Part shown: positions 22,744 through 34,928 of the stretch, one piece after another
Position numbering within the stretch: position 1 is the stretch's first letter
Layout of the letters: the number at the start of each line of letters is the position of its first letter
Origin: Sulfolobaceae archaeon
Lineage (GTDB): Archaea; Thermoproteota; Thermoprotei_A; Sulfolobales; Sulfolobaceae
Direction: 5' to 3'
Length of the DNA: 64,000 nt
NCBI GenBank assembly: GCA_038893355.1
Contig: JAWARQ010000001.1
Span: forward strand, 256,001-320,000
The notes under the pieces: generated by a model
The model's database searches: none
The model's input: the letters and a program-made list of their open reading frames with translations, nothing else
What the model was told of the DNA's origin: nothing
Program-made: the position numbers and the translations under genes

Positions 22744-23698
22744 GTATAAGAAGGCAGGGGTGGATTTAGATAAATTAAGGGAGTATCATGATATAATAAA
22801 GAGCAAAATTACTTCAATATACTCTAAAACTATCCTAGGTGCAGGACATTATGCAGGAGTTTTAGAACTAGGTGGGATTAAATTAGCACTTCATGTTGAT
22901 GGTGTAGGAACAAAAACTGAGTTAGCATTAAAGACTGGAATAGTTAAGCCTATTGGAATAGATTGTGTTGCTATGAACGTTAATGATTTATTATGCGTTG
23001 GTGCTACTCCTATAGCAATCTTAGATTACATAGCATTGGAAAAGCCTATGGATTATGTTATAAGAGAGATTATTGACGGATTAATGGAAGGTGCTAGAGA
23101 GTCAAACGTAGAGATTGTAGGTGGGGAAACTGCAATTATGCCAGGAGTTATTAAAGGTTTTGATATAGCATGTACTGGAATTGGTATTGTAAAGGAATTA
23201 AAAGTAGGAGATCAAGTAAAACCTGGAGATATAGTTTTAGGGTTAGAAAGTAATGGAGTCCATGCTAACGGTTTTTCGTTAATAAGAAGATTAATTTCTG
23301 AAGGAAGGTTAGATCTAGAAAGTTGGAAAGATGAACTGTTAAAGCCAACTAAAATTTACGTTAAGGTATTAGAAGTTATAGATAAGATTAAAGGTTTAGC
23401 TCATATCACTGGTGGTTCTTTTTTAAAAATTAAAAGGATAACAAATTATAAAGTCGTACTAAATTTACCAGAACCTCCAGAAATTTTTAAGGCGATTGAG
23501 AATGCTGGAGTATCTCATGAGGAAATGCATAGAGTGTTTAATATGGGTATTGGAATGGTTGTTTTTGTAAGCCCTAATTTAGAAAAAGAGGTAATAAAAG
23601 TTTTATCCAACTACTTTAACGTATACAAACTAGGTATAGTAGAAGACGGTAGCGGGATAATAATAAAGAGTTATAAGAACCTTATTCTAAGATTATAG
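22736..23698 (+). CDS. purM: AIR synthetase
   Basis: YKKAGVD, DGVGTK, GGETA, SNGVHANG, HITGG and FNMGIG motifs. Start set at ATG 22736. Confidence 0.96.
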   Translation: MSEYKKAGVDLDKLREYHDIIKSKITSIYSKTILGAGHYAGVLELGGIKLALHVDGVGTKTELALKTGIVKPIGIDCVAMNVNDLLCVGATPIAILDYIALEKPMDYVIREIIDGLMEGARESNVEIVGGETAIMPGVIKGFDIACTGIGIVKELKVGDQVKPGDIVLGLESNGVHANGFSLIRRLISEGRLDLESWKDELLKPTKIYVKVLEVIDKIKGLAHITGGSFLKIKRITNYKVVLNLPEPPEIFKAIENAGVSHEEMHRVFNMGIGMVVFVSPNLEKEVIKVLSNYFNVYKLGIVEDGSGIIIKSYKNLILRL

Positions 23699-23754
23699 AA
23701 TGAAAAGAAGTCCTTTTTAACCTCTTTGTGGTAAAGACTAGTTTAGTGACCTAT

Positions 23755-24210
23755 ATGAAACAAGTAGACATCAAGTCATTGGTAAACTATATAGCATTAA
23801 AGATATTAGGTGGAAGTGATTTCATTATTGAAGCATTAGAAGAGTACTTGGTAAAGGGTGAAGGACCAGCTACTGTAGCTCATAAGTATAATATTTCGAA
23901 GCATCAGCTAAGGGGTTATGCGCAAAGGATAATAGAAAAGAGTGGAAGTGAGATAAGAGCTAAGAAGTTAATTCCGATACTTAAACAAGCAGCTGCTGAT
24001 ATAAAGCCTATAGTAAAGAAGTCACCGGAAGATGAATATTATGTATGTGAATTATGTAATTTAACAATGAATAGAGAAGATGGTGAGGAGCATGTTAGAA
24101 AGAATCATAAAGAGGCTTTAGCTTTAGCTACTAAGAAAATGTTAGATTATATTGAAAGTATTAAACAAGAGAGACAAAAACAAGCCATAATATTTACATC
24201 GGCAAGTTAA
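23755..24210 (+). CDS. HTH plus C2H2 zinc-finger protein (putative regulator)
   Basis: PATVAHKYNISKHQLRGY is HTH-like; CELC-x12-HVRKNH is a C2H2-type finger. Confidence 0.7.
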   Translation: MKQVDIKSLVNYIALKILGGSDFIIEALEEYLVKGEGPATVAHKYNISKHQLRGYAQRIIEKSGSEIRAKKLIPILKQAAADIKPIVKKSPEDEYYVCELCNLTMNREDGEEHVRKNHKEALALATKKMLDYIESIKQERQKQAIIFTSAS

Positions 24211-24304
24211 TTATTTTAAAACCTTCCGGGATTTTAGATATTTATACTTCTATTGTTGTATATACTGGGAAATATTTTTATATATGTAATACTATTTTTT
24301 ATTC

Positions 24305-24463
24305 ATGAAACGTGTTATTAGTGTAAGATTGAAAGAAGACATTGTAAAGAAAATAGATAACTTATGTAAAAATAAGAAATTTGAGAATAGAACTGAATTC
24401 TTAAGAAGAGCCTTAGAATTTTATGTCGATCTTCATAAAGATAAAATTAAGAGAAACCTTTAG
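24305..24463 (+). CDS. Ribbon-helix-helix (CopG/Arc/MetJ) protein, 52 aa, absent from ORF track
   Basis: My translation is MKRVISVRLKEDIVKKIDNLCKNKKFENRTEFLRRALEFYVDLHKDKIKRNL*. ISVRL strand and NRTEFLRRAL helix fit the RHH fold. TTTATATA lies about 25 nt upstream. Confidence 0.85.
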   Translation: MKRVISVRLKEDIVKKIDNLCKNKKFENRTEFLRRALEFYVDLHKDKIKRNL

Positions 24464-24498
24464 CATTCTATAAATTTAGAATACCTTTTTTTAAGGAA

Positions 24499-24529
24499 TC
24501 ACGAATTTTATAAGCCTTATATTCACGAA
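24499..24529 (+). promoter_or_regulatory. argG promoter: TATA box flanked by TCACGAA direct repeats
   Basis: TCACGAA at 24499-24505 and 24523-24529 flank TTTATAAG at 24507-24514; ATG is at 24541. Confidence 0.55.
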
Positions 24530-24540
24530 AAAATGTCGAT

Positions 24541-25716
24541 ATGAAAATAGTACTTGCATATTCTGGAGGTCTTGATACTACAGTTTCAATAAGGTGGTTA
24601 AAGGAAACCTTTAATGCTGAAGTTATAACAGTTACTGTCGATGTTGGACAGAAAGAGGATTTTAAGAACATAGAAGAAAGAGCTTATATTGCAGGATCAG
24701 TAAAGCATTACTTGATTGATGCTAAAGAGGAGTTTGTAAATGATTATATAATACCTTGCATAAAGATGAATGGTTTATATGAAGATGTTTATCCACTTTC
24801 TACTGCTTTAGCAAGGCCTTTAATAGCTAAAAAAGTTGTAGAAGTTGCCAAGAAAGAAGGAGCAGAGTATATAGCTCATGGTTCTACATCAAAGGGAAAT
24901 GATCAAGTAAGGTTTGATTTATCGTTAAAGGCACTATATCCTGAAGTTAAGATAATTGCACCTGCAAGAATATGGAAGATGACTAGAGAAGATGAAATTG
25001 TATATGCAAGAAGTAGGGGTATACCAATAAAGCAAGAAAGTAGTAAATTTAGCATTGATGAAAATTTATGGGGCAGGAGTATTGAGGGGGACATAATAGC
25101 AGATCCTGCAGTTGAAGTTCCAGAGGAAGCATTTGAATGGACAAAAAGAGTTAAAAATGAACCGTTAAATTTGAGTATAGAATTTGAAAGAGGAATTCCA
25201 ATAAGCATAAATGGTAATAAAATGAATATATTAGATTTAATAATTTATTTAAATAATGAAGTAGGAAAGCATGGTTTTGGTAGAGTGGAACACTTAGAAA
25301 ATAGGGTTGTAGGTTTTAAATCAAGAGAAGTATATGAGGCCCCTGCTGCACTTACATTGATATATGCGCATAAGGATCTAGAAAAGACGGTATATACACC
25401 ATTGGAGTTAAGATTTAAGAAACAAATTGATATTCAATGGGCTGACTTAGTATATCAAGGCTTATGGTTTGAACCCTTGAGGGATACGATTCAGTTAGCA
25501 GGGGATAATTTAAATAGATGGGTTGAAGGTGAAGTTAAGATAAGAGTAGAGGCAAATAGCTTAACGATATTAGGAAGGAGCTCAAGATTTTCGCCATATT
25601 CTGAAAAGATTGCGAGTTACAATAAAGGATGGTATCCTTCTGATGAGATGGCTAGGGGGTTTATAGAGATTTTTGGTATGCATTCATTACTTGCAAGAAG
25701 AGTGAGGTACGGTTAA
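24541..25716 (+). CDS. argG: Argininosuccinate synthase
   Basis: [27 protein letters not shown] and KSREVYE motifs. Confidence 0.98.
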   Translation: MKIVLAYSGGLDTTVSIRWLKETFNAEVITVTVDVGQKEDFKNIEERAYIAGSVKHYLIDAKEEFVNDYIIPCIKMNGLYEDVYPLSTALARPLIAKKVVEVAKKEGAEYIAHGSTSKGNDQVRFDLSLKALYPEVKIIAPARIWKMTREDEIVYARSRGIPIKQESSKFSIDENLWGRSIEGDIIADPAVEVPEEAFEWTKRVKNEPLNLSIEFERGIPISINGNKMNILDLIIYLNNEVGKHGFGRVEHLENRVVGFKSREVYEAPAALTLIYAHKDLEKTVYTPLELRFKKQIDIQWADLVYQGLWFEPLRDTIQLAGDNLNRWVEGEVKIRVEANSLTILGRSSRFSPYSEKIASYNKGWYPSDEMARGFIEIFGMHSLLARRVRYG

Positions 25717-27056
25717 TGATATATAGAAAGTGGGGTTCAAATAAAGACTTTGTCATTAAATACACTTCATCCTTAGATAGTGACAAGTATATCATAGAAG
25801 AAGTAAAATTAGTTATGAAAGTTCACGTAATAGAGCTTTTCCTTTCGAAATATATCGACGAAAATGTAGCATCCTCAATTATAAAATCAATAAACAGTTT
25901 TACTATGGACGAGAAAGGAGAATTTGAGGATATTCATGAAGCATTAGAGGCTTATATACTTAAACAATTAGGGGAGGTTGGTGGATGGATAGGATTAGGA
26001 AGAAGTAGAAATGATCACGTTGCTACTGCACTAAGAATTAAAATGAGAAATGAAATTATAGATATTTTAGAAAAAATGCTGAATTTTAGAAAAAATATTA
26101 TAAGTAATGCGGAAGCTAATTTAGAAACTATAATACCATCTTTTACTCATTTTCAACCTGCACAACCTACGACATTAGCTCATTATTTTCTCTATATAGA
26201 AGAAGAACTCTCATCTAGATGGGAGACTCTATTCTCTATTTTAAAATTAGTGAATAGATCACCTTTAGGTAGCGGGGCTATTGTAGGAAGTAACATAGCA
26301 CTAAATAGGCTTAGGGAAGCAGAGATGTTAGGATTTGAGAGTATAATAGAAAATACGTTATATGCAACTTCAACTCGCTCTGATTTGATATCAGCTGTAA
26401 ATGAGATGTGCCTAACGCTAGTTTCATTGAGTAGAATTGCAGAGGATTTAATACTACTATCGTCAAAGTTCGTAGGAATATTAATGTTACCAGACACTCA
26501 TGTTTCAACGAGCAGTTTGATGCCACAAAAAAGAAATGCAGTAACAATGGAAATATTGAGGTCTAAGGCTGGAGTATGCATTGGAATAGTTTCAACTCTT
26601 CTCTCAGTATATAAATCTTTGCCATCTGGATACAATCTTGACTTGCAGGAATTGAATTCATACTACTGGAAAATAACTGAAGATCTTAAAGATGCTATAG
26701 AAGTACTGAATGATATTTTACTTGGTTTAAAGGTTTTAAAAGAGTATGACGATAAGGAGTTTCTATCTACTGATGTAGCTGAAATAAGAAGTGTAAGGGA
26801 AGGAAAACCTTATAGAAAAATTTATAATGAAATTGTAGAAAAGATTAGAGCGGGCGTCTTTATTGCCGAGATGTCTCCTTTAGACTCTATAAAGCTGAAA
26901 AAGGTAGAAGGTTCTCCGAATCCAGAATTTCTAAAAATTTCGATAAAAAACGCAAGTAAAAGAGTAGAAGATCATGAAAATATGTTGAAGTCATATAAGG
27001 AGAGAATACAATTAGGCTTAGCTCAACTTAGGGCGATTGAAAATGAGCTTATGTAA
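25716..27056 (+). CDS. argH: Argininosuccinate lyase
   Basis: GRSRND, THFQPAQP, SSLMPQKRN and GYNLDLQ motifs. Confidence 0.97.
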   Translation: MIYRKWGSNKDFVIKYTSSLDSDKYIIEEVKLVMKVHVIELFLSKYIDENVASSIIKSINSFTMDEKGEFEDIHEALEAYILKQLGEVGGWIGLGRSRNDHVATALRIKMRNEIIDILEKMLNFRKNIISNAEANLETIIPSFTHFQPAQPTTLAHYFLYIEEELSSRWETLFSILKLVNRSPLGSGAIVGSNIALNRLREAEMLGFESIIENTLYATSTRSDLISAVNEMCLTLVSLSRIAEDLILLSSKFVGILMLPDTHVSTSSLMPQKRNAVTMEILRSKAGVCIGIVSTLLSVYKSLPSGYNLDLQELNSYYWKITEDLKDAIEVLNDILLGLKVLKEYDDKEFLSTDVAEIRSVREGKPYRKIYNEIVEKIRAGVFIAEMSPLDSIKLKKVEGSPNPEFLKISIKNASKRVEDHENMLKSYKERIQLGLAQLRAIENELM

Positions 27057-28167
27057 GAGAGGTTATAAGGCCAGATTATATCTTGAAGATGGAACAATAA
27101 TTGAAGGATGTGGATTTGGTGCAAGGACTAAGAGATTTGGTGAACTGGTCTTCACAACTGCAATGAATGGATATCCCGAAAGTATGACTGACCCATCTTA
27201 TAAGGGTCAAATTCTGATAATCACTCATCCATTAGTAGGAAATTATGGCGTTCCTAAACCACAATACGAAGAAGGGATTTTAAGGAACTTTGAATCAGAA
27301 AAGATTCAGATTGAAGGTCTAGTAGTAAGTGAAGAAACAGATCCTAGTAAATGGAATTCTGTAATGAGTTTACATGAATGGATGAGTAGTGAAGGAGTAC
27401 CTGGAATATCTAATGTAGATACGAGAATGTTAGTGAAGAAAGTAAGAAATTATGGTGTAATGAGTGGTGTGATTGTAACTTCTGAAGATCTAGAACTAGA
27501 TTATGAACTATTTAAGTCAAAGTATGATGAAATTGATTTTATAAGTAAAGTCTCGCCTAAGGAACCAATAATTCATAGAGGATTATCAGAAGAGACAATA
27601 GTCGTTGTAGACTGTGGAATTAAACATGGAATATTATATGAATTACATAAACTAGGTTTTACGATTGTAAGAGTTCCATGTAGGTCAATTGCTAATGAGA
27701 TAATTAAATACAATCCAGTTGGTATAGTGTATAGCAATGGTCCAGGGAATCCGTTATTATTAAGAGACGTAATTAACGTCTTTAAGGAAATTTCAGAGTA
27801 TAAGATTCCTATATTAGGAATATGCTTAGGTCATCAGATTGCAGCAATTGCATTTGGTGGTAAGGTTAGAAAGATGAAGTTTGGACATAGGGCAATAAAT
27901 AAGCCGGTAGTAGATTTGAATACAAATAGGTGTTACATTTCTACTCATAATCACGGTTATGCAATGTTATCTAAATCGGATATACCTATGAATACGAAAG
28001 TATGGTTCGTGAATCCAGATGACGAAACAATTGAAGGACTTATTTACGAGAAATACCCAATCATTACCGTTCAATTCCATCCAGAGGCAAGACCCGGACC
28101 ATGGGATACGACTTGGATATTTAGAAAATTTGAATTAATGGTGAGAAAGTATGAAGGAAAGTATTAA
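27043..28167 (+). CDS. carA: Carbamoyl-phosphate synthase small chain
   Basis: [25 protein letters not shown] and QFHPEA motifs. Confidence 0.98.
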   Translation: MSLCKRGYKARLYLEDGTIIEGCGFGARTKRFGELVFTTAMNGYPESMTDPSYKGQILIITHPLVGNYGVPKPQYEEGILRNFESEKIQIEGLVVSEETDPSKWNSVMSLHEWMSSEGVPGISNVDTRMLVKKVRNYGVMSGVIVTSEDLELDYELFKSKYDEIDFISKVSPKEPIIHRGLSEETIVVVDCGIKHGILYELHKLGFTIVRVPCRSIANEIIKYNPVGIVYSNGPGNPLLLRDVINVFKEISEYKIPILGICLGHQIAAIAFGGKVRKMKFGHRAINKPVVDLNTNRCYISTHNHGYAMLSKSDIPMNTKVWFVNPDDETIEGLIYEKYPIITVQFHPEARPGPWDTTWIFRKFELMVRKYEGKY

Positions 28168-31100
28168 AAAAGTATTAGTAATAGGCTCAGGGGCTATAAA
28201 GATAGCAGAAGCAGCAGAATTTGACTATAGTGGTTCTCAAGCACTTAAGGCCTTAAAAGAAGAAGGGATTACTACAATATTAGTAAACTCTAATGTAGCT
28301 ACAGTACAAACTAGTTATAAATTTGCAGATAAGGTATACCTTTTACCAGTTACTTGGTGGGCAGTGGAAAAAGTTATAGAAAGAGAAAGACCAGATGGTA
28401 TATTAATCGGATTTGGAGGTCAAACTGCACTTAATGTTGGAGTAGATCTCGCAGATAGGGGGATTTTAGATAGATATGGGGTAAAAGTGTTAGGAACACC
28501 TATCAGAGGTATAAAGAGGGCGTTAAGTAGGAAAGAGTTTCAAGAGACTATGAAAAGAGTTGGATTGCCAGTACCGCCTGGCGCCTCTGCAAAATCTGAA
28601 GATGAAGCATTAAATATTGCAAAAAAAGTGGGCTATCCGGTAATGGTAAGAGTGAGTTTTAACCTAGGCGGCGGTGGTTCCTTTGTTGCATGGAATGAAA
28701 GTGATATGGCACAGAGACTTAAGAGAGCATTTTCGCAGAGTTATATAGGAGAAATTTTAGTCGAGAAGTATCTATATCATTGGAAAGAATTAGAGTATGA
28801 AGTTATGAGAGATTACAAAGGGAATTCTGCGGTTATTGCATGTATTGAGAATTTAGATCCAATGGGTATACATACTGGTGAGTCTACGGTAATTTCTCCA
28901 TGCCAAACACTCGATAATTTAGAATTTCAGAACATGAGGACTGATTCTATTAAGGTTGCTGAGTCAATAGAATTAGTTGGAGAATGTAATGTTCAGTTCG
29001 CATTAGATCCAAATAGTTATACATATTATGTGATAGAAACTAATCCTAGAATGTCTAGATCAAGTGCATTAGCAAGTAAAGTTACTGGTTATCCATTAGC
29101 CTACGTTTCTGCAAAGCTGGCATTAGGTTATACTCTTCAAGAGATTCTAAATAAAGTGTCTGGAGTAACTTGTGCATGCTTTGAGCCTAGCTTAGATTAT
29201 GTTGTAATAAAGATACCAAGATGGGATTTACAAAAGTTCGAGGATGTAGATCAAAGTATTTCTAGTGAAATGATGAGTGTAGGAGAAGTTATGAGTATAG
29301 CCAGGTCATTTGAAGAAGCGTTACAAAAAGCAATAAGAATGTTAGATATTGGTGAAATAGGATTAGTAGGAGGAAAAATTTATGAGTCTAGGATGAGTAA
29401 GGAAGAGGCACTAAACGCATTAAGAAATGCAAGACCGTATTGGTTTTTATATGCAGCTAAAGCTTTTAAAGAAGGTGCTACGATAGAGGAAGTTTATGAG
29501 GCTTATGGTGTAGATCCATTCTTCCTGAAAAAGATAAAAGAAGTTGTAGATTTCTATGAATCATTAAAGTTAAATAAGAATTTAAATAGGGATATACTCT
29601 ATAAAGCTAAGAAGCTCGGATTTAGTGATCTTCAGATAGCTAAAGCTGTTGGAATTAGTGAAGAGGAAGTCAGAAATCTAAGATTAAAATACTCAATAGA
29701 ACCGGTAATTAAAAGGATAGACACGCTAGCTGGTGAGTGGCCATCAGTTACTAATTATTTATACTTAACTTATAATGGTTCAGAGGACGATATAGAACGT
29801 GAACAGTCTGATAATAAACTCCTAGTAGTAGGTGCAGGAGGGTTTAGAATAGGCGTCTCTGTAGAATTCGATTGGAGTGTTGTTGCACTTTATGATGCTG
29901 CAACAAATTATTTTGATAATGTTGCTGTGTTGAACTATAACCCAGAGACAGTAAGTACTGATTGGGACGTTTCTCGTAATTTATTCTTTGATGAGATAAG
30001 TGTTGAAAGAATATTAGACATTGCAAGGAAAGTTGGATATAATAAAGTTGCGCTTTTCGGAGGAGGGCAAATAGGTAATAATATAGCTAAAAAGTTAGAG
30101 GAGAATGGAATTTTGATCTTTGGAACTTCGGGTAAGGCTGTGGATACTGCTGAGGATAGGGAGAAGTTTTCTAGACTCTTAGATAAGTTAGGTATAAAGC
30201 AACCGGAGTGGATTTCAGCTAAATCTAAAGAGGAGATTAGAAGATTTGTGGATCAAATCGGATTTCCAGTCATAATTAGACCTAGCTATGTTTTAGGAGG
30301 GAGTGCGATGTTTATAGCATGGAATGAAGAGGAATTATGGGGCTATTTATCTAAGGCTACAGAGGTTTCGAGGGAACATCCAGTAGTAATATCAAAGTAT
30401 CTCGATAATGCTATAGAAGCAGAAATTGATGCAGCTTCTGATGGTAAAAGTGTTGTTGGCGTTGTAATTGAGCATGTTGAAGAAGCTGGAGTTCATAGCG
30501 GTGATGCTACGATGTCAATTCCAACTAGGTTACTTGAAAGAGACGTCGTTAAGAAAATGAAGGAATATGTATTAAGAATTGCAAGAGAATTAAATATTAA
30601 GGGACCGTTTAATACGCAGTTTGTAGTAAAGAATGGAATTCCGTATATAATAGAATTAAACTTAAGGGCTAGCAGATCAATGCCATTCTCTAGCAAGGCT
30701 AAAGGAATTAATATAATAAAAGTAGCTGTTGATGCTATTGTTAAGGGATTGAAGCTAGAAGAGGAGTTTTACGAACCGGAAAGTAAGAGTTGGGCTGTAA
30801 AATCTCCTCAATTTTCTTGGGCAAGATTAAGAAGAGCATATCCTTTCTTAGGCCCTGAGATGAGAAGTACAGGTGAGGTTGCTGCATTTGGTTTTAGTTT
30901 CTATGACGCATTATTAAAGAGTTGGTTATCAGTCCAGCCTAATCGCTTACCCGAAAAAGGTAGTATTGCGCTAGTTTATGGTAAATCTAATGTTAGTTAT
31001 TTGAGGGAAAGTGCTATGAATTTAGCAGAATATGGAGTAGATGTGTACTCTTTAGAAGAGATTCCGTTAGACTCTTATCCTACTTTGTCCGTTAAAGAGG

Positions 31101-31306
31101 CTTTAAATTACATTCTCTCTAAAAAAGTTAGTATAATAATAACTGATGGATATCTCAAGCAAATTGACTATCTTATAAGAAGGAGTGCAGTAGATATGAA
31201 CATTCCATTAATATTAAATGGCAGGTTAGGAAAAGAAGTTACCAAATCTTTCCTAATACAAGATATTTCCTTCCTAGAAATGAGAGAGTATGGCGGGGGA
31301 ATATGA
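28151..31306 (+). CDS. carB: Carbamoyl-phosphate synthase large chain
   Basis: Two ATP-grasp halves: [23 protein letters not shown], then [14 protein letters not shown] and ELNLRASRS. Confidence 0.98.
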   Translation: MKESIKKVLVIGSGAIKIAEAAEFDYSGSQALKALKEEGITTILVNSNVATVQTSYKFADKVYLLPVTWWAVEKVIERERPDGILIGFGGQTALNVGVDLADRGILDRYGVKVLGTPIRGIKRALSRKEFQETMKRVGLPVPPGASAKSEDEALNIAKKVGYPVMVRVSFNLGGGGSFVAWNESDMAQRLKRAFSQSYIGEILVEKYLYHWKELEYEVMRDYKGNSAVIACIENLDPMGIHTGESTVISPCQTLDNLEFQNMRTDSIKVAESIELVGECNVQFALDPNSYTYYVIETNPRMSRSSALASKVTGYPLAYVSAKLALGYTLQEILNKVSGVTCACFEPSLDYVVIKIPRWDLQKFEDVDQSISSEMMSVGEVMSIARSFEEALQKAIRMLDIGEIGLVGGKIYESRMSKEEALNALRNARPYWFLYAAKAFKEGATIEEVYEAYGVDPFFLKKIKEVVDFYESLKLNKNLNRDILYKAKKLGFSDLQIAKAVGISEEEVRNLRLKYSIEPVIKRIDTLAGEWPSVTNYLYLTYNGSEDDIEREQSDNKLLVVGAGGFRIGVSVEFDWSVVALYDAATNYFDNVAVLNYNPETVSTDWDVSRNLFFDEISVERILDIARKVGYNKVALFGGGQIGNNIAKKLEENGILIFGTSGKAVDTAEDREKFSRLLDKLGIKQPEWISAKSKEEIRRFVDQIGFPVIIRPSYVLGGSAMFIAWNEEELWGYLSKATEVSREHPVVISKYLDNAIEAEIDAASDGKSVVGVVIEHVEEAGVHSGDATMSIPTRLLERDVVKKMKEYVLRIARELNIKGPFNTQFVVKNGIPYIIELNLRASRSMPFSSKAKGINIIKVAVDAIVKGLKLEEEFYEPESKSWAVKSPQFSWARLRRAYPFLGPEMRSTGEVAAFGFSFYDALLKSWLSVQPNRLPEKGSIALVYGKSNVSYLRESAMNLAEYGVDVYSLEEIPLDSYPTLSVKEALNYILSKKVSIIITDGYLKQIDYLIRRSAVDMNIPLILNGRLGKEVTKSFLIQDISFLEMREYGGGI

Positions 31307-32151
31307 AGGTAGCTATTGTTTTAGATATTGTTAGGCAGGAGGAAAAGCTAATAATAAAGGCGTTAGAAAGTCAAAAAATTCCTTATGAGATAATAAATGT
31401 AAATCAAGAACCATTACCTTTTAATAGGACTCTTGCTAGATTTAATGTTGCAATTATAAGACCAATCAGTATGTATAAGGCATTATATAGTGCGGCGGTT
31501 TTTGAAAGCGTTGATGTTCATGCTATAAATTCTATGCAGACAATTTCTATATGCGGTGATAAAATTTTAACGTATTCAAAATTATACAAAAACGGAATAC
31601 CAATCCCCGACTCCATAATTGCAATGTCTCCAGATGCAGTGCTAAAGGCTTATGAACAAAAAGGTTTTCCACTAATAGATAAACCACCAATTGGAAGTTG
31701 GGGTAGAATGGTGTCTTTAGTTAGAGATATTTTTGAGGGTAAGATGATCATAGAGCATAGGGAGATGCTTAATAATGCAGCATTAAAGACTCACATTATT
31801 CAAGAGTACGTGAACAATAGGAATAGGGATATAAGATGTCTAGTGCTTGGAAAAGAAGTGTTAGGATGTTATGCAAGGGTAATTAATAAAGAAGAATGGA
31901 GGGCTAATGTAGCTTTAGGCGGTATACCTACACCAATACAACAAGATGAAATCTTACATAAAATTGCATTAAAAGCAGCAGAGATAGTAGGAGGAGAATT
32001 TGTTTCTATTGATATCTTAGAGCATTCTACTAAAGGTTATGTAGTTAATGAAGTTAATGACGTTCCTGAATTTAAGGGATTTATTAGTGCTACTAAGATA
32101 GATGTTGCAGAGAGGCTTGTAGATTATATTAGAGAGAATTATGCAAAGTAA
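31303..32151 (+). CDS. argX: Glutamate-LysW ligase (RimK/LysX family)
   Basis: [18 protein letters not shown] and [11 protein letters not shown] (GF signature of ArgX-type enzymes), at the end of the arg cluster. Confidence 0.88.
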   Translation: MKVAIVLDIVRQEEKLIIKALESQKIPYEIINVNQEPLPFNRTLARFNVAIIRPISMYKALYSAAVFESVDVHAINSMQTISICGDKILTYSKLYKNGIPIPDSIIAMSPDAVLKAYEQKGFPLIDKPPIGSWGRMVSLVRDIFEGKMIIEHREMLNNAALKTHIIQEYVNNRNRDIRCLVLGKEVLGCYARVINKEEWRANVALGGIPTPIQQDEILHKIALKAAEIVGGEFVSIDILEHSTKGYVVNEVNDVPEFKGFISATKIDVAERLVDYIRENYAK

Positions 32152-32731
32152 TTTTTGCTAAATATATATCATGATTTGTCTCCTCAATAATTCTCCTTAA
32201 CGTATCTATTTTCTGCCTTAAATTTGGAACTAATGATTTTGGATATTCTAATTTCCATAGTTCTTCATAGATCTCTTCCATAATATTATAAACCCTCTCT
32301 GCTTCATTCAATTTATTTAATTTTAATAACTCTAAAACTCTTCTCCTTAATTCTCCTATACCATCTGCTATTCCTAGAATATACCATATCTCAGGAATCT
32401 CTAGCTCTTCTGGTAAATTTATATCTTCTCCAAATATTACCTGCATTACAAATAGAGCTTCACTTACTTCCTGATACGCCGTTCCTATATCACCGTATAA
32501 TAACTCTGGGTATTTCTTTATTATCTCATTTATTTGTGTTAATTTTTGTATTGCAATTTTTAATTTTTCTTTAGCCTCTTCTCTCTTTAATCTATGAGTT
32601 AATGAAATCGCTTCACCACAATATCTTATAACTTCTCTTGATAGCTGAAGAAGTCTTTCTCTACTTTCAAATCTCTCATTTAGTTTAGGAGTTATTTCAT
32701 AAAGGTATTTCCTTATTTTCTCCACTAGCAT
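32129..32731 (-). CDS. Translin/Trax (C3PO-like) family protein
   Basis: [21 protein letters not shown] and [14 protein letters not shown] motifs. Start set at ATG 32731. Confidence 0.85.
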   Translation of the reverse strand: MLVEKIRKYLYEITPKLNERFESRERLLQLSREVIRYCGEAISLTHRLKREEAKEKLKIAIQKLTQINEIIKKYPELLYGDIGTAYQEVSEALFVMQVIFGEDINLPEELEIPEIWYILGIADGIGELRRRVLELLKLNKLNEAERVYNIMEEIYEELWKLEYPKSLVPNLRQKIDTLRRIIEETNHDIYLAKITLHNSL

Positions 32732-32781
32732 ATATCTTTTCATTAATGACTGATGTAATTTATTTCTTATTACTACTTTCA

Positions 32782-33207
32782 TTAGATATTATACAAGGTA
32801 GTAATCAACCCGAAGTACATTAAAACACCATAGATTACTAAACTTAAGCTTTGGATTAGGAAGGTTTCAATTTTATTAAATCCCAGTAAAATTAAAGTTA
32901 AAGTTGTTGCATACACTCCAATAATCGGAGTTAATATTATAAATGCAATTTTTCCTAATTTTTTAATATAATTTTCATAAGATCTTGAGCGTCTGGCTAG
33001 CCAATTAAAGAATTTTGGAAACTTTTCCTTTATCTTTTCACTAAATATTATCAGAATAGGGATAGGTGTAAGGTTAGATAGTATACATATAAAGAGAGAA
33101 ACTAATGGGTCTAGTCCTAGAGCTAGTGCAGTAGGATATGCAATTAAAAATTCTCCTATAGGAGACGCTGAAAGTAAGATTATTCCTATTATCTTTAAGA
33201 TATCCAC
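32782..33207 (-). CDS. Small multidrug-export-like membrane protein
   Basis: SPIGE..AYP and N..PIP motifs, with about 4 hydrophobic segments. Confidence 0.65.
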   Translation of the reverse strand: MDILKIIGIILLSASPIGEFLIAYPTALALGLDPLVSLFICILSNLTPIPILIIFSEKIKEKFPKFFNWLARRSRSYENYIKKLGKIAFIILTPIIGVYATTLTLILLGFNKIETFLIQSLSLVIYGVLMYFGLITTLYNI

Positions 33208-33339
33208 ACAATAAATAATTCCTTCTCATATAAAAAGCTCATGTGAAATACTTTAAATTTTATATATAAATTATAGTAGTCTATCAATTAAATAAATACG
33301 AATGGAAACACTTATTATATACTACTTAAACAATTTCTT

Positions 33340-34293
33340 ATGCGAAATATAAGAACTGTTACAGTTGTTGGAGCTGGTGTAATAGGTTCAGGTTGGGCTA
33401 CGTTATTATCTACTAAGGGATATAATGTAATATTTTATACAGAAAAATTCGAAACTTTAAATAAAGGAATTAATAGAATAAAAGATTATCTTAATATTTT
33501 ATATGAGAATAATTTAATACAAAATAATTCAGAATACTATTTGAAAAATATTTTCGCAACTACGAATTTAAATGAAGCAGCGAAGGATACTGACTTTGTT
33601 ATAGAGGCGATTATAGAAGATTATGATGCTAAAAAAGAAATATTCAGAAAGTTAGATTCCATGCTAGATAAAGATATTATAATAGCAAGTTCTACTTCAG
33701 GTTTACTAATTTCCGTAATTCAAAAGGCAATGAAAAGATACCCCGAGAGGGCTATAATAGCTCATCCATGGAATCCACCCCATTTAATACCACTAGTGGA
33801 AATTGTTCCCGGAGAGATGACATCAGCAGAAACTATTAGTATTACTAGAGAATTTATGGAAAAATTAGAAAGAGAGGTTGTAGTATTAAAGAGAGAGATT
33901 CCGGGATTTATAGGAAATAGATTAGCTTTTGCACTATTTAGGGAAGCATTGTACCTAGTTGATGAGGGTATTGTTACAGTTGAGGACATAGACAAGGTAG
34001 TTACTTCAGCATTAGGCTTAAGATGGGCATTTATGGGTCCTTTTCTAACATATCATCTAGGTGGTGGGGAAGGAGGACTTGAATATTTCTTTACAAGAGG
34101 TTTTGGATATGGTGTAAATGAATGGTTGTATACTTTATCAGACTATAAAAAGTTCCCTTATACTGCAGTCACTAAGGCTATAAATCAAATGAGAGAATAT
34201 AGTAAGATTAAGGGAAAATCTTTCCAAGAACTATCGAAATGGAGGGATGAAATGCTAATAAAGCTAATAAAGGTACTTAGAGGCAAGGATTAA
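33340..34293 (+). CDS. 3-hydroxyacyl-CoA dehydrogenase family (lambda-crystallin/carnitine DH-like)
   Basis: GAGVIGSGW Rossmann motif, [29 protein letters not shown] and GLRWAFMGP. Confidence 0.9.
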   Translation: MRNIRTVTVVGAGVIGSGWATLLSTKGYNVIFYTEKFETLNKGINRIKDYLNILYENNLIQNNSEYYLKNIFATTNLNEAAKDTDFVIEAIIEDYDAKKEIFRKLDSMLDKDIIIASSTSGLLISVIQKAMKRYPERAIIAHPWNPPHLIPLVEIVPGEMTSAETISITREFMEKLEREVVVLKREIPGFIGNRLAFALFREALYLVDEGIVTVEDIDKVVTSALGLRWAFMGPFLTYHLGGGEGGLEYFFTRGFGYGVNEWLYTLSDYKKFPYTAVTKAINQMREYSKIKGKSFQELSKWRDEMLIKLIKVLRGKD

Positions 34294-34319
34294 ATATTTA
34301 AGCAAAATATTTTTATCCT

Positions 34320-34871
34320 ATGTATAGAACAATTTTAAAAAGTCTCGGGATAGTTTCTCTAATACTTGCATGGATAATAATTTTAACTAGTATATATCTC
34401 AATCCTTGGTTTATTTTTACAAAAAACGCATTTAGTGATCTTGGAAGTAAATATGCTAATTATTATTATCTTTATAATTTCGGACTAGTAATTGTTTCAA
34501 TCCTTGGGTTTATTTATGCATGCTATCTTGCATACATCTCTAGAAATAAAATAGAGACAATAGGTTCAGCATTTGTAATGGTTGCTATGGTATTCTTAGC
34601 ATTAATCGGAATATTCCCAGAAGGTACTTATCCACATCTTTTCGTTTCATTTTGGTTCTTCACACAATTTGCAATAGCAATATTGACATGGGGAATTGGA
34701 ATTTTTATTGAGGGTGATGGAAAAATTGGTTCTATATTAATTCTTTTATTCATAATTGGAGTTTTAGGTAGTATTATAATTCCTTGGCCTTCTGCTGCTA
34801 CTATAGAAACTTGGGGCATTATAATTATCGACATATCTATAATATTATTATATATTAAATTTAATAAATAA
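34320..34871 (+). CDS. DUF998-like membrane protein
   Basis: NPWF...NAFSDLG and LIGIFPE...H motifs, with about 6 TM segments. Confidence 0.75.
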   Translation: MYRTILKSLGIVSLILAWIIILTSIYLNPWFIFTKNAFSDLGSKYANYYYLYNFGLVIVSILGFIYACYLAYISRNKIETIGSAFVMVAMVFLALIGIFPEGTYPHLFVSFWFFTQFAIAILTWGIGIFIEGDGKIGSILILLFIIGVLGSIIIPWPSAATIETWGIIIIDISIILLYIKFNK

Positions 34872-34928
34872 AATTAATAGCTAATTATTAAAAAACTTGA
34901 AAAGTCCGTGATTATATTTTCATATAAA

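Noticed and set aside
24468-24671. 67-aa minus-strand ORF over the argG start
   Set aside because: It is antisense to argG and its promoter, with no motif.
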